Shown: piece by piece, positions 39,328 to 49,954 of the stretch
Layout: each line of letters begins with the position of its first letter
Numbering within the stretch: position 1 is the first letter of the stretch
Assembly (NCBI GenBank): GCA_016839515.1
Contig: JAEOUE010000197.1
Span: forward strand, 1 to 64,000
DNA: 64,000 nucleotides
Reading direction: 5' to 3'
Source: Candidatus Hodarchaeum mangrovi
Lineage (GTDB): Archaea > Asgardarchaeota > Heimdallarchaeia > Hodarchaeales > Hodarchaeaceae
Position numbers and translations under genes: made by a program
Notes under the pieces: generated by a model
Database searches by the model: none
Seen by the model: only the letters and a program-made list of their open reading frames with translations
Told to the model about the DNA's origin: nothing

Positions 39328-39699
39328 TTCTTCTTGTGTGAGAAGGAGTTCTCGAAGGTTTGAATATATTATTTGGCTTTTAGGATTCTTTAAATATTCT
39401 TTACATTTTTTTAATGTTCCAGAAACATAATCTGAGAATGCATAAAGGTAACGATTATTATAATTGTGGATATAACAAAGTCCTACACGAACATGAGGTA
39501 TACAATTATGAGATGATCGAAAGATTCCAGTTTGAAGGTCAAAATCATAATACGATAGATAAAGTCCTACTCTAGCTGCGCCATAAACTCCATAAAGTTT
39601 CCGAATTTCTGAGGAAACTGCTTTCCATGCGTCCCGTTCATTCATAAGGCTGGAACTAATGAATCTGATAACAATGTAACGGGTACGTTCTTTTATCAC
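39298..39699 (-). CDS. rnp2: RNase P protein Pop5/Rpp14
   Basis: KERTRYIV, IRKLYGVYGAA and VSGTLKK motifs; in the rpl15e-rpp30-pop5 order. Confidence 0.88.
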   Translation of the reverse strand: MIKERTRYIVIRFISSSLMNERDAWKAVSSEIRKLYGVYGAARVGLYLSYYDFDLQTGIFRSSHNCIPHVRVGLCYIHNYNNRYLYAFSDYVSGTLKKCKEYLKNPKSQIIYSNLRELLLTQEEPLKHNDDSY

Positions 39700-39702
39700 G
39701 AT

Positions 39703-40446
39703 TTATTCTTCCTCGTTTTGATCAATATTAAAACGAAAAACACCTGGCATGATGTAATTTGAATCAATTTTTTTTAGATTGTGCTCTAAAAGCGTGTTTG
39801 GTATAGTACTTATGCCATCTAAAGCTTTCTGAGAGTCTAGACAAAGAATATGCCCCAAAGCGGCTAATTCAAGTGGATTTCGTTGATCAGTTGGTTTAGA
39901 ACCTGATGAATTAAATATAATAGGTATACCTTTTTTAACAGCTCTACTGAGCGCAAATCTTGTTTCGCGTATTATAGGGATATAAGTTCTTTCAGATGAG
40001 GCATATAAAGTTGATAGTGGTACTTCTAAAAATTTATTGAATTTTTGCATTAAATTTCCAACAGAAAGTGAAAAAAGTTTATTAAATTGAAGAACTGGAA
40101 ATTTTAATATATCAATACGATTGTCTTGAGCTGCCCAAGCTGCAATATCTGGAGTTGTACATTCAATACCAATAATAGGATATTTCCTTCTATTTTGCCT
40201 TAATAAATGGACAATATCCTCTTTATTTTCTTTTCTTGTGTCTAGATCAAGTCTTGGATAAATTAAAAAGTTCTTAGTTTGGTAATTTTTTTTGATTTGA
40301 TCAAATAGAGAAGTGGGTAAATTACTTAACCAAATCACTGAAAAATTAAATGCTCTAACCAATTTCACACAAGTAAGTAGTTCAGTTTCTGATGTATATT
40401 GGTTTGGATTTAAAGTGTCAACGAATACGCGAACCATTTTATACAC
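39703..40446 (-). CDS. rnp3: RNase P protein Rpp30
   Basis: AAQDNRIDIL, IIFNSSG...QRNPLELAAL and C-terminal IMPGV; gene context. Confidence 0.88.
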   Translation of the reverse strand: MYKMVRVFVDTLNPNQYTSETELLTCVKLVRAFNFSVIWLSNLPTSLFDQIKKNYQTKNFLIYPRLDLDTRKENKEDIVHLLRQNRRKYPIIGIECTTPDIAAWAAQDNRIDILKFPVLQFNKLFSLSVGNLMQKFNKFLEVPLSTLYASSERTYIPIIRETRFALSRAVKKGIPIIFNSSGSKPTDQRNPLELAALGHILCLDSQKALDGISTIPNTLLEHNLKKIDSNYIMPGVFRFNIDQNEEE

Positions 40447-40561
40447 TTTAATTAATGATCTTTCAGGGATCTTTTAAAAAAATTGACAACTATTTTTAAT
40501 TATATTTTTTAATTAAATGCTTTTACCTAAGTAATAGCTCGATAAAGAGTTATTTCTATAA

Positions 40562-41125
40562 TCAACGATCATAAGATGGTCTTAAATGTTCTGATCCTTT
40601 TCCTCTTCGCCTTAAACCTCGAGATTTTTTACCTGCAGAGGTTTTCCCTCGAAACACTCGCCCTTTATGACTCGAATTACATATCCAATTGATTTTAGAA
40701 TCTGAAATTATTTCTGGAGCATTCGGATCTACCATTATTACTTCAAACCATCGTGAAAGACCATCTTCATGTACTGGATAGCTGTTTAAAACTCTTAGAT
40801 TTCTAAAACGACGTGCAGCTCTTTCTTCAGCAATCCATTGTCTTGATTTTTTTGGAGTAAGGCGCTTAACACCCATTCGCTTTGAACGTCTTCCCATTAC
40901 AGGACGTGGTTTTCTTCTTCCACCTCTTGGAACTCGAGTACGAACCAAGATGAAACCTTTTTTCCGACGATATCCTAATGCACGAGCACGATCAACTCGT
41001 GTTGGGTGGTCAATTCTAACCAGACTTGGTTCCCTACGCCATTCGATTAGTCTTGCTATTCGTAATTGTTTAAAATCTTCTTTTTGTTCTTTCCAAAATT
41101 TTGACACATATTTATAAGCATTCAT
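40562..41125 (-). CDS. rpl15e: 50S ribosomal protein eL15
   Basis: [32 protein letters not shown] and [13 protein letters not shown] motifs. Start set at ATG 41125, after a GGAGG RBS. Confidence 0.97.
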   Translation of the reverse strand: MNAYKYVSKFWKEQKEDFKQLRIARLIEWRREPSLVRIDHPTRVDRARALGYRRKKGFILVRTRVPRGGRRKPRPVMGRRSKRMGVKRLTPKKSRQWIAEERAARRFRNLRVLNSYPVHEDGLSRWFEVIMVDPNAPEIISDSKINWICNSSHKGRVFRGKTSAGKKSRGLRRRGKGSEHLRPSYDR

Positions 41126-41426
41126 TGAAAATCCTCCTTTAGGTTCTGCGAAAATGAGATTTGTGTTCTCTCCGCAACATTCCAAAGTGGAGATACTTTA
41201 AACTGGCGTTGTTTTGTAGTGTTTTAAACGCTTACTAAGTTTAATTAAAATTTATTATTTAATGATGGATAATGAATATATTTTGAATAAATACGAACAG
41301 ATTTCTTTCAAGCTTTAAAAAGATTAAATAACGTAGAAATATAAATGATTTAAGTTCTTTCTCGAAATCAGATAATTACAATATAAATAACTGTTAAAAA
41401 GATCTGCTCTTATAGGAGATATTAAA

Positions 41427-42374
41427 ATGAAGATATTAATAGCAGATGAAATCGCTAACTCTGCAGTAAAACTTCTTAAAGCTGATTATGACGTAGTAGT
41501 CCATCATTATTCTCCAAATGAATTAATAGATGAAATTTCTAAATTTCATGCACTAATTGTACGAAGCGCAACTAAAGTACCTCGGTTAGTAATTGAAAAA
41601 GGAACTAACCTAAAAGCTATAGGAAGAGCTGGTGTAGGAATAGACAATATCGATGTTGTAGCTGCTACAGAAAGGAAAATTGCTGTAGTTAATTCACCTC
41701 ACGCCTCAACGATTTCTGTTGCTGAAATGTCCCTTGGTTTTATGCTTGCATTAAGTCGTAAATTAGTTGATGCTAATTATCAAACAAAGCTTGGAAGATG
41801 GCCAAAAAATGCTTTAATGGGCACAGAATTATATGCAAAAACATTAGGATTTATAGGCTGTGGTAGGATTGGAGCTGAAGTTGCAAAACGGGCACAATCT
41901 TTTGGGATGAGATGTATTGCCTATGATCCTTATCTCCCTAAAGAAATAGCTAAATCAATTAATGTTGAACTTTTTGATGACCTCAATTATGTTCTTGCAA
42001 CTTCTGACTTTGTTTCAATCCATGCTCTATTGACTGATGAAACATACGGAATGATTGGTGAAAAAGAATTATCTATTATGAAATCCTCCTCTTTTATCAT
42101 AAATTGCGCTCGTGGAGGTATAATTGACGAAAAAGCTTTATATGAAGCTTTAATTGAGCGAAGAATAAAAGGAGTAGCTTTGGACGTATTTGAAATTGAA
42201 CCTGCCAAAGAAAATAAATTATTTGAGTTAGAAAATGTTTATGTATCTCCTCACATTGCTGCTTCAACCATAGAGGCTCAAGAAAGAGCTGGTGAAATTA
42301 TTGCTGAACAGATAAGATTTGTTCTACAAGGAAATCGTCCTGTATTTTGTGTTAATAATGAAATATTTGATTAA
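41427..42374 (+). CDS. serA: D-2-hydroxyacid dehydrogenase, short D-3-phosphoglycerate dehydrogenase type (no ACT domain)
   Basis: VRSATKV, GRAGVGIDNID, GCGRIG, INCARGGIIDE and SPHIAAST motifs. Confidence 0.8.
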   Translation: MKILIADEIANSAVKLLKADYDVVVHHYSPNELIDEISKFHALIVRSATKVPRLVIEKGTNLKAIGRAGVGIDNIDVVAATERKIAVVNSPHASTISVAEMSLGFMLALSRKLVDANYQTKLGRWPKNALMGTELYAKTLGFIGCGRIGAEVAKRAQSFGMRCIAYDPYLPKEIAKSINVELFDDLNYVLATSDFVSIHALLTDETYGMIGEKELSIMKSSSFIINCARGGIIDEKALYEALIERRIKGVALDVFEIEPAKENKLFELENVYVSPHIAASTIEAQERAGEIIAEQIRFVLQGNRPVFCVNNEIFD

Positions 42375-42395
42375 ATAATAATTGGAAGGATTTAA

Positions 42396-42896
42396 ATGGG
42401 AAGATCTCCTAAAAAAAAGGATTTCATAGAGAAAACGAATGAAAAAGATGACCTGGAGTTTGAAACTCTATCATTTGAACAAAAAATTCCTCTTGAAAAA
42501 CTCAAGGAGCATTTTCCTGCTCTTTATCAAGAAATCAATAAAGAAGTAATGAAAATAAAGATTGATGAACAAAGTGTTGAAACTAATGGCTTCAAAACTC
42601 AAAATGATTCAACATTTGATCCTTTTACTAATTACGAACCAGATATATTTGATTATTTGGCCAGAGCAAAAACAGAAGCTGAAGGAAACGAGTTAGTTGA
42701 CTTTCTAGAAAACCAAAAGAAAATTACTTCTCAAATTGCTACCGAAATAAGGGAAAAAATAAAAAAAGATGGAATTAGAAGCTTTGGACCTTTGAGAGGA
42801 CCTAATTATTATTTTCAGAAAGCAGGGGAAATATCTACCAAACATGTAATTAAAAAAAGATACTCTTTATCTAGAGACTTAGAAGAATTTGATTGA
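42396..42896 (+). CDS. DUF2095 family protein
   Basis: HFPALYQE, YEPDIFDYLARA and GIRSFGPLRGPNYY motifs. Confidence 0.8.
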   Translation: MGRSPKKKDFIEKTNEKDDLEFETLSFEQKIPLEKLKEHFPALYQEINKEVMKIKIDEQSVETNGFKTQNDSTFDPFTNYEPDIFDYLARAKTEAEGNELVDFLENQKKITSQIATEIREKIKKDGIRSFGPLRGPNYYFQKAGEISTKHVIKKRYSLSRDLEEFD

Positions 42897-42906
42897 ATTT
42901 TTTTTG

Positions 42907-44106
42907 TTATACTGCTGCAACAATACGAATTACATCTCCAAATTTAATCACAGATTTATCAGATAATTTTCTGTTTGTTTTAGCATCGACTCCGTAAATG
43001 AAGTTTTTGAACAAGTCTTGATGAATAATACCAGCAAGTTCCTTAACAGTCGTACCCTCTTTTACTAAAAAAACTTCCGGAAGGATACGGCCATCTTGAT
43101 CACTATAATGCGTGCTATCTGCCACAGGATAGACTGGGATTAATTTTAAAACATCAAAAACAGCCCTGTTAAGAGTCTCAAAAACACCTGTTGTTTTATA
43201 AGGAAGTAATATTTCTTTCTCAATCTTTAATATAATCTGCTGTTCTTTAGTAGATAATTCATCAATAATTTCTAATTTTCCACTTTCAGAGATGTAATTT
43301 ATCTTTCTTTGCGTATTTAAATTCTTTAAAACTAGATCAGTTAGAGCAGTAGTTGGAATAACAAAATTTCCAAACATATTTTGCAGATTTTCAAGATGAG
43401 ACTTGGAAGTTGGTTTATCTATTTTATTTGCTGCAATAAGTATTGGTTTTCCAATTTTTTGAACAGAATTACAAAGTTTAAGAATTTCTTCATCGGTCCA
43501 ATTCTGAACGTTCTTTAAGTCTAAATTTGATTCATTAACTGCGTGTAAAATGTCCGATTTGGTAATTTTTAACCCCGTGAATTTTTCAGTGATAAAATCT
43601 ATTATATTCTTTTGTTCAGTTTGAGCCTTTCTAATAGCCCGATTCCAATCTTTTTTGAGTATTCCGTTCATCCATTGGGTGATTTCATCTTCCAAAAAAG
43701 AAATATCAATCATTGGATCGTGACTTCCTGGTTCTACATTTTCTCCTTCTTCATTAAGAGAACCTGAAGCATCTACTACATGAATTAGGATATCAGCTTG
43801 AGCAAGATCTGCAAGAAACTGATTACCCATCCCCCTTCCTTTATAAGCACCTGGAACTAATCCTGCTACGTCAATAAGTTTTATTGGAATTTTTCGAATT
43901 CTGTCTATACATTCAGAATTTCTAGGTTGACAAGTAACATTTAATTCATTACATACACAGGGTGTTGTGACAAAACCAACTCCTTGGTTTGGATCAATCG
44001 TCGTAAAGGGGTAATCTCCTGTTTTTGCTGATGTCCCACATAATGCATTTAAAAAAGTCGTTTTTCCACTAGACGGTTTTCCTACTATCCCTATTAAGAC
44101 ACCCAT
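42907..44106 (-). CDS. ychF: Archaeal YchF/Obg-family translation-associated GTPase with TGS domain
   Basis: GKPSSGKTT, YPFTTIDPN, DVAGLVPGA, NKID and IHQDL (TGS) motifs. Confidence 0.9.
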   Translation of the reverse strand: MGVLIGIVGKPSSGKTTFLNALCGTSAKTGDYPFTTIDPNQGVGFVTTPCVCNELNVTCQPRNSECIDRIRKIPIKLIDVAGLVPGAYKGRGMGNQFLADLAQADILIHVVDASGSLNEEGENVEPGSHDPMIDISFLEDEITQWMNGILKKDWNRAIRKAQTEQKNIIDFITEKFTGLKITKSDILHAVNESNLDLKNVQNWTDEEILKLCNSVQKIGKPILIAANKIDKPTSKSHLENLQNMFGNFVIPTTALTDLVLKNLNTQRKINYISESGKLEIIDELSTKEQQIILKIEKEILLPYKTTGVFETLNRAVFDVLKLIPVYPVADSTHYSDQDGRILPEVFLVKEGTTVKELAGIIHQDLFKNFIYGVDAKTNRKLSDKSVIKFGDVIRIVAAV

Positions 44107-44257
44107 TAGAATTAGTTCTCCTTTTACTTTTTTTTTTCTAAATTATTTTGAAGCTAATATTTTACTTTTTAAATACCCTTTATTCGATACAATTTAACTC
44201 AATGTAAAAAATAAAAAAATTATACTGAATTCACTTTACATTGATAGATACGTATAA

Positions 44258-46033
44258 TTGTACGTTAAGGTTTATATTTATTCTCTCATAACGGAAATTG
44301 TGAAAAGTTCTCAAGAAATACCATCTGAAATAGCTCTCATCTTAAATCGATTAACCGATAAGTGGAAAAAAACATTATTGAATAAGAATCGAGAATATTT
44401 CAAGAATGAAATAAAAAATGATTTACTTTCGTGGTATAAATTCCTAAATTACCTAATTTTTAATCATGATTCTTTACCACAAGAGATATGGGCAGCATTA
44501 ATCAAAACTGCGTGGTTGTTTGCTGATATTGAATTTTTCAAAGAATATGGGCAAAAAATTAATACAGAATTAACTGATTCAATATCCTTAATTTATTATG
44601 GGATTGCACAAACTGAATTTTTCAATTTCCAAGATGGGTTTACGTTAATTGAGCAAAATATTGACGTTTTAAATGAAAAAAATGATTGGTTAGGGCTACT
44701 CGAAGTTTCGACGGCTTATGCATTAATTCTCAATAATTCAGAAAAGATTGATCAATTAATTTCATTCAAAAACCAAATAGATGAAATTTTTCTTCAAAAA
44801 TTTCATGGAAATAAAATTTATCAACATTTAACAATCCCAATCACCCAATTTATGCATAAAAAGGATAAAAAAATAATAATCGATGAAGAATTGGATTACT
44901 TGACCATTGCTATTGAAGGAAAGGACAATTTAATTATTGGATTGACATATATATACTATGCAAATCTCCATGAGGATACCAATTATATAGATAATATGAA
45001 AAAAGCAATATATCACTTTAATAAAATTAATGCAAAGCAGCGATTACTAATTGCTTATACAAACTTGGCAAGTCATTACTCGACGAAGCAGTCTCTAGAA
45101 ATGTTACAAGAATATACTAACAAAGCTATAAATTTAGCAGATGAGATTTCACCTGAAGAAAAGAGGTCTCAGCATCTCTATCCGTATTTAATGAAAGGTT
45201 ACATTGAATTAAGAATGGGTCATTTACATAGTTCAGAAGCTTTATTCAAAACAGTTATCATCATTGCTGAAAAATGTTCAAGTAAAATATACCTGGTAAA
45301 ATCATATCATGGATTAGCTCAAGTTTATTTTCTATTAAACCAAAATAAATTAGCAATTGATCAGGCAGAGACTGCTTTTTCTTATTGTACAAATTTTAAA
45401 GACGGTCATTTCTATAAATATTATTTAATTGAGCATATCGATCTTTTAATTGAACTAAATCATTTGGACAATATCAATAACTACCTGAATGAAATTAATC
45501 TTTATATCTCTGATTTAGATTCTTGTATCCAGATTTACTTTAATTTTGTAAAATCGAAATTTGAACTGAAGAAACGAAATATTGGAACAGCTAAAGAAAT
45601 AATTTCTACTTTAATACCTGAATTAAATAAGTGTAAAAAATTACATTCAACAATATTATTAGAATATGGTGAAATATTATTACATGAATTTCGACTCTCT
45701 GAAGATCATGATTTATTATTAGAGGCACAAAAAGTTATTGAAAGGGGTTTAGAGAGAATTGAAGATATACCAAGTCGTATTAAGGGAGAATATTTGTCTG
45801 CTATCCTATTTACTGCTCAAAAAAGATATGATGAAGCAGAAGATTTATTAGAATCACTTATTTCTAATACAAAGGAATCTGTGCCAAGGTTTTTAATTCT
45901 TGCAGAGAAATTATTGGATAATATTCGTGATACCCGTTCTGCAGGAACACCGGTTTCCCCAATGAGTAATCTCAAAGAGGTAATTCAATATCTTCAAGAT
46001 GCTAAATCTGTAACTGAATCACAACCTAGATAG
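44258..46033 (+). CDS. Large TPR/alpha-solenoid protein
   Basis: Repeated TPR-like helices (AYTNLASHY, SYHGLAQVY). Start uncertain. Confidence 0.7.
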   Translation: MYVKVYIYSLITEIVKSSQEIPSEIALILNRLTDKWKKTLLNKNREYFKNEIKNDLLSWYKFLNYLIFNHDSLPQEIWAALIKTAWLFADIEFFKEYGQKINTELTDSISLIYYGIAQTEFFNFQDGFTLIEQNIDVLNEKNDWLGLLEVSTAYALILNNSEKIDQLISFKNQIDEIFLQKFHGNKIYQHLTIPITQFMHKKDKKIIIDEELDYLTIAIEGKDNLIIGLTYIYYANLHEDTNYIDNMKKAIYHFNKINAKQRLLIAYTNLASHYSTKQSLEMLQEYTNKAINLADEISPEEKRSQHLYPYLMKGYIELRMGHLHSSEALFKTVIIIAEKCSSKIYLVKSYHGLAQVYFLLNQNKLAIDQAETAFSYCTNFKDGHFYKYYLIEHIDLLIELNHLDNINNYLNEINLYISDLDSCIQIYFNFVKSKFELKKRNIGTAKEIISTLIPELNKCKKLHSTILLEYGEILLHEFRLSEDHDLLLEAQKVIERGLERIEDIPSRIKGEYLSAILFTAQKRYDEAEDLLESLISNTKESVPRFLILAEKLLDNIRDTRSAGTPVSPMSNLKEVIQYLQDAKSVTESQPR

Positions 46034-46047
46034 CAAGAAAAGATTTT

Positions 46048-47529
46048 TTATTTTTGATAATTTGATTTAAAAAACTCTATAGGGTTACCTTTAAGGATCT
46101 TTTTCCATGATTGAAGAGTGCCACCATTATTAGCTACTGAAGATAATATTGGTGTCAATTCTGGACCTCCTAAAGATAAAATTGCTTGGATTGTAGCCCA
46201 TTCGATTGGAAATGTTTTAAATTGATGTTTAGATTTTAACTTTAATTTTAGATACTCAAGACCCTCTTGAATTGAAGAATAATTAACTGGATGTGAACTA
46301 AGTTTTGTCCCTAATTTAGGAATTAATGGATTAACTGATAATTTGAATCTAATAGAAGGAAAAAGATCCACGAGTTCTTGTGTAAAATCTGCTATTTGTT
46401 GTCCCTCTATTACTGGGTCTTCCGATAATCCTATAATATAATAAAATTTTAGTTCTCTTATTCCATTGCGTTCAGCATTCGTTATAAAATCTTTGATCTG
46501 CTGATTCGACAGATTTTTTCCTATTTTTTTTCGTAATATTTCAGAACCTGTTTCAGGAGCAACAGAAAGATTTTTTTGGCCTGAATAATTTAATTTTTCT
46601 AAAAGTTTTATTCCTGAATCCATTCTAATACTTGGTAAAGTAAATTTTAACTTTTTAGAAGAAAAAAAATCAATTAATTGGTCAATTTTGCTATATTCCG
46701 CTGTACTTGATCCAATAAGAGAAAAAAAATTAGTTTGTGTTTCTATACTTCCTTTATTAATAATTAATTCAAGATTTGCTAAAGAACGTTCTCTCATTGG
46801 ACGAAAAGCTTTTCCAATTAAACAGAAATGACATCCATGCGGACAACCCCTTGTTATTTGCAAAAAAAACCCATTTAAACTACCTTTCTTCTTCTCTTTT
46901 ACTAAAGGTCTAACTTGAGCTGTAGGAAAGGGTACTTTATCAAGATCAGGTGTAATTACTGGAAACCATTTCTCAAATTTAATATCAGGGTAATAAAAAC
47001 CAGATATAGAGGAAATTGAATCCCTTAAACTTTTAAATTTGCTGTTAACAATTGTTTGAAGAAATTCAAGGACAACACTTTCAATTTCCCCTATAAAGAA
47101 AAGATCAAAAATTTTAAGCAGTGGTCCTGGATTTATGGTAACCGTGGGTCCTCCTGCAATAAGAATAGGATAAGATGAAGATCTATCATGTAACAGAATT
47201 GGTATTTTAGACTGTTGAAGCATTCGTATTGCATTAATATAATCCAATTCAAACTGAAACGTGAAAGCAAGGATATCAAATTGATGAAGGTTTTTTTTCG
47301 TTTCTAAGGAAGTGGGCAATCTTGGATCCTTAGCTGAGTAAAATATTCTTTCTGTACTAATATTTGGGTGTTGATTAAGTAAAGAATAAAGTAGCTTAAT
47401 CGTTAGTCCTGACATTCCAACTTGATACGAATTTGGATATACTAGCCCTATTCGCCATTGTATTGATGATTTGGGTTTTTGAATTACATTTATTTCTTTA
47501 ATTTTACTTGTCATTTCTGCTCTTACCAA
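46048..47529 (-). CDS. Radical SAM protein with a B12-binding-like N-terminal domain
   Basis: YPNSYQVGMSGL, IAGGP, RGCPHGCHFC, LPSIRMD and APETGSE motifs. Confidence 0.9.
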   Translation of the reverse strand: MVRAEMTSKIKEINVIQKPKSSIQWRIGLVYPNSYQVGMSGLTIKLLYSLLNQHPNISTERIFYSAKDPRLPTSLETKKNLHQFDILAFTFQFELDYINAIRMLQQSKIPILLHDRSSSYPILIAGGPTVTINPGPLLKIFDLFFIGEIESVVLEFLQTIVNSKFKSLRDSISSISGFYYPDIKFEKWFPVITPDLDKVPFPTAQVRPLVKEKKKGSLNGFFLQITRGCPHGCHFCLIGKAFRPMRERSLANLELIINKGSIETQTNFFSLIGSSTAEYSKIDQLIDFFSSKKLKFTLPSIRMDSGIKLLEKLNYSGQKNLSVAPETGSEILRKKIGKNLSNQQIKDFITNAERNGIRELKFYYIIGLSEDPVIEGQQIADFTQELVDLFPSIRFKLSVNPLIPKLGTKLSSHPVNYSSIQEGLEYLKLKLKSKHQFKTFPIEWATIQAILSLGGPELTPILSSVANNGGTLQSWKKILKGNPIEFFKSNYQK

Positions 47530-48793
47530 GTTTTTTTATCATTAAACCCTTTTTCGTATCAAAATAATAAATGGTATTTGCTGGAACATCAGTAGTAACG
47601 AGTGTATGAGCTCCAATCTGAGAATTTTCTCCTAAAATAACACCAGGCATTAGGGAGGCATTGATTCCAGTACTAACCCCGTCACCCATGATAATACCTA
47701 GTTTTCTATGACCAGTTTGAAGTCTTTCCCCTTTTATATTCATTTTAATTTCGTTTTTTTCAAGCTTTAAATTTGCCACCTTAGTTCCAGCACCAAAATT
47801 GCAATTTCGACCAATAACCGAATCTCCAATATAGGTGAGATGTCCAATAGTTGTATTATCAAGAATAATACTATTTTTTATTTCTACAGCGTTACCAATT
47901 TTTACATGCTTTCCAATGTAAGAATACGGTCTAATATAACAATTAGGGCCAATAAAGGCACCTTCGTCAATGCATACAGGCCCTTGAATGTAGACACCAG
48001 GTTTTAAATCGACATGATTCTTGATTTCAACTGGACCTTCGATATTTACTCCATTCAATTTAGGTTCGAGAGTTCTTTGAACTAATTCTTTCATAGAAGC
48101 TTCATTAGCTTCTAAAATATGCCAGGGGTATCCAATATCAGTCCAATGCTCTTTGATAAGGAACACTGAAAACTCAAATCCTTTTAAAATGGCCATATTA
48201 ACTATATCAGGTAATTCAATTTCCCCTCTTGGAGAAACTGCAATTCTGGGATATAAATCGAAAATAGCTCTAGGAAGGGTCATAATTCCTGCATTGATCA
48301 TGTTACTAATAGGTTTTGGACTTTTTTCATGTATTTTAACTAATAAATCGTTCTTAAACTCAAGACACCCATAAATTTCTGGATTGGGGACTTTAGCCGC
48401 AGCAAATGTTCCAAGTTTAGGCGCATTTTTTACTGATACTTCAAGGAAGGAAGAAATATCTTTTGAAAGTGCAAAAATATCCCCATAAAACATAAAAAAC
48501 ATTTCTGAATTTATTAAATTTTTACATATTTGTACTGCATGTCCTGTACCAAGTTGTTCTTTCTGATTAACCCATTCGATTTTAAATGGGAAATCGTACT
48601 TTTCCACTCTTCTTTGAATTTGATCTGCCTCAAACCCAATGACTAATATTACCTTATCAACATGGTTTTTGAGATTGTCAAGAATGTGAAATAGAATTGG
48701 TTTCCCACCAATGGGTATCAATGGTTTAGGAAATTTATTTGTGATTGGATTTAATCTCGTCCCTTTCCCCGCTGTAAGGATTAATGCTTCCAA
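47504..48793 (-). CDS. glmU: Bifunctional sugar-1-phosphate nucleotidyltransferase/acetyltransferase (archaeal GlmU-like)
   Basis: LTAGKGTRL, PKPL, QLGTGHA and WTDIGYPW motifs plus hexapeptide repeats (HLTYIGDSVIG). Confidence 0.88.
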   Translation of the reverse strand: MEALILTAGKGTRLNPITNKFPKPLIPIGGKPILFHILDNLKNHVDKVILVIGFEADQIQRRVEKYDFPFKIEWVNQKEQLGTGHAVQICKNLINSEMFFMFYGDIFALSKDISSFLEVSVKNAPKLGTFAAAKVPNPEIYGCLEFKNDLLVKIHEKSPKPISNMINAGIMTLPRAIFDLYPRIAVSPRGEIELPDIVNMAILKGFEFSVFLIKEHWTDIGYPWHILEANEASMKELVQRTLEPKLNGVNIEGPVEIKNHVDLKPGVYIQGPVCIDEGAFIGPNCYIRPYSYIGKHVKIGNAVEIKNSIILDNTTIGHLTYIGDSVIGRNCNFGAGTKVANLKLEKNEIKMNIKGERLQTGHRKLGIIMGDGVSTGINASLMPGVILGENSQIGAHTLVTTDVPANTIYYFDTKKGLMIKKLGKSRNDK

Positions 48794-49402
48794 TTTTTCA
48801 GCCTCAGAACTATTTTACTAATAATCTGAAAGTAGAATTAGTATTGTATTAGTAAAGTTGATCAAATTTTGTAATTCTTTTCTACTACTTCTTTGCTAGA
48901 TTTTAGATATAAAGAAATCGTTCATTCAGTTTAATTGTTAAGAATTAAATAATGAAGATTTAGGAGGTATTTTTAGATTGGAAAACAAATTTCTTAGAAT
49001 AGAACAAAACATTCTATTTTTTTGATTGAAAATATTTTGGAAAATCATTCCACAATATTAGTTAAAATATTATTTAGAGGAGAAAGAAAAAGATTTAGTA
49101 GGATTTAGAGTTTTTTTACAATTTTAAGGATTTCAGTGTCTCTTTTCTAATTTAAAAGTAGATATGTAGAGAAACAATGAAGAAGATCTATTGTTTTAAA
49201 ATGAATTTAGCTGGTTAAAAGAATATAAATTGTAATTATCAGTTTCGTTTTAGAAAGTTTTTTATGTGAACATGATTCAATATTACATGCATATATCACG
49301 GTGTTATAGTCTTTTCAGATATTTTATGCTAAATAAACTTTGATTCAAATTACTGGTCATCCAGTCTTTCGACATATAACAAACCAATAGGAGTGCTTTG
49401 GA

Positions 49403-49930
49403 TTGAACAACACCGAATATCGTACCTCTACTTCTGTATCATCCGAAATAAATCGGTTGGTACGCGATATAGATAAACATCGTGCCATTGCTTCCGATTT
49501 TTATGAGGAATTACTAGGGCACGCTTCCTTCTTTAAATCATCCAAAGAAGGTTCAAATGACTCCGATGAAAGAAAACGTCGTTTTAAACGCATGGGAGTG
49601 ATTTTAGAAGAATTAAAAGAAGAATATTGGGAAATCTGTGATTTAATACTTGAATTAAATGGTGTTGAATTGTTTGAGAGCAAATCAACGGAAGAAGGGC
49701 TACGAATCTCACGAGAATTAATTGAATTTCTTACACAACTTGAACCAACTGTAAGAAATGCTCATAAAACATTACGATCTAATGAACTGGGAACAGTTGG
49801 TTCTGATCTATTATCTAGTATCAAAAATCAGAAATTCTTCACATTAAATGAGGTTCTGCAAAATATATTTACTGAAATAAATGCCTTAAGCGAACAATTC
49901 AAAGATTTACGACAAAAGAGAATAATGTAA
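49403..49930 (+). CDS. Hypothetical all-helical protein
   Basis: 175-aa ORF with TTG start and AGGAG RBS. Confidence 0.65.
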   Translation: MNNTEYRTSTSVSSEINRLVRDIDKHRAIASDFYEELLGHASFFKSSKEGSNDSDERKRRFKRMGVILEELKEEYWEICDLILELNGVELFESKSTEEGLRISRELIEFLTQLEPTVRNAHKTLRSNELGTVGSDLLSSIKNQKFFTLNEVLQNIFTEINALSEQFKDLRQKRIM

Positions 49931-49952
49931 AAGGGGAAATCCCCTTTTTTTT
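49929..49952. terminator. Probable bidirectional hairpin/U-tract terminator between convergent genes
   Basis: AAAAGGGG-AAAT-CCCCTTTTTTTT lies between the stops at 49930 and 49955. Confidence 0.65.
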
Positions 49953-49954
49953 AT

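Noticed and set aside
41126-41185. N-terminal extension of eL15 (MECCGENT...) given by the ORF track
   Set aside because: A strong GGAGG RBS precedes ATG 41125, and the family N-terminus begins at MNAYKY.
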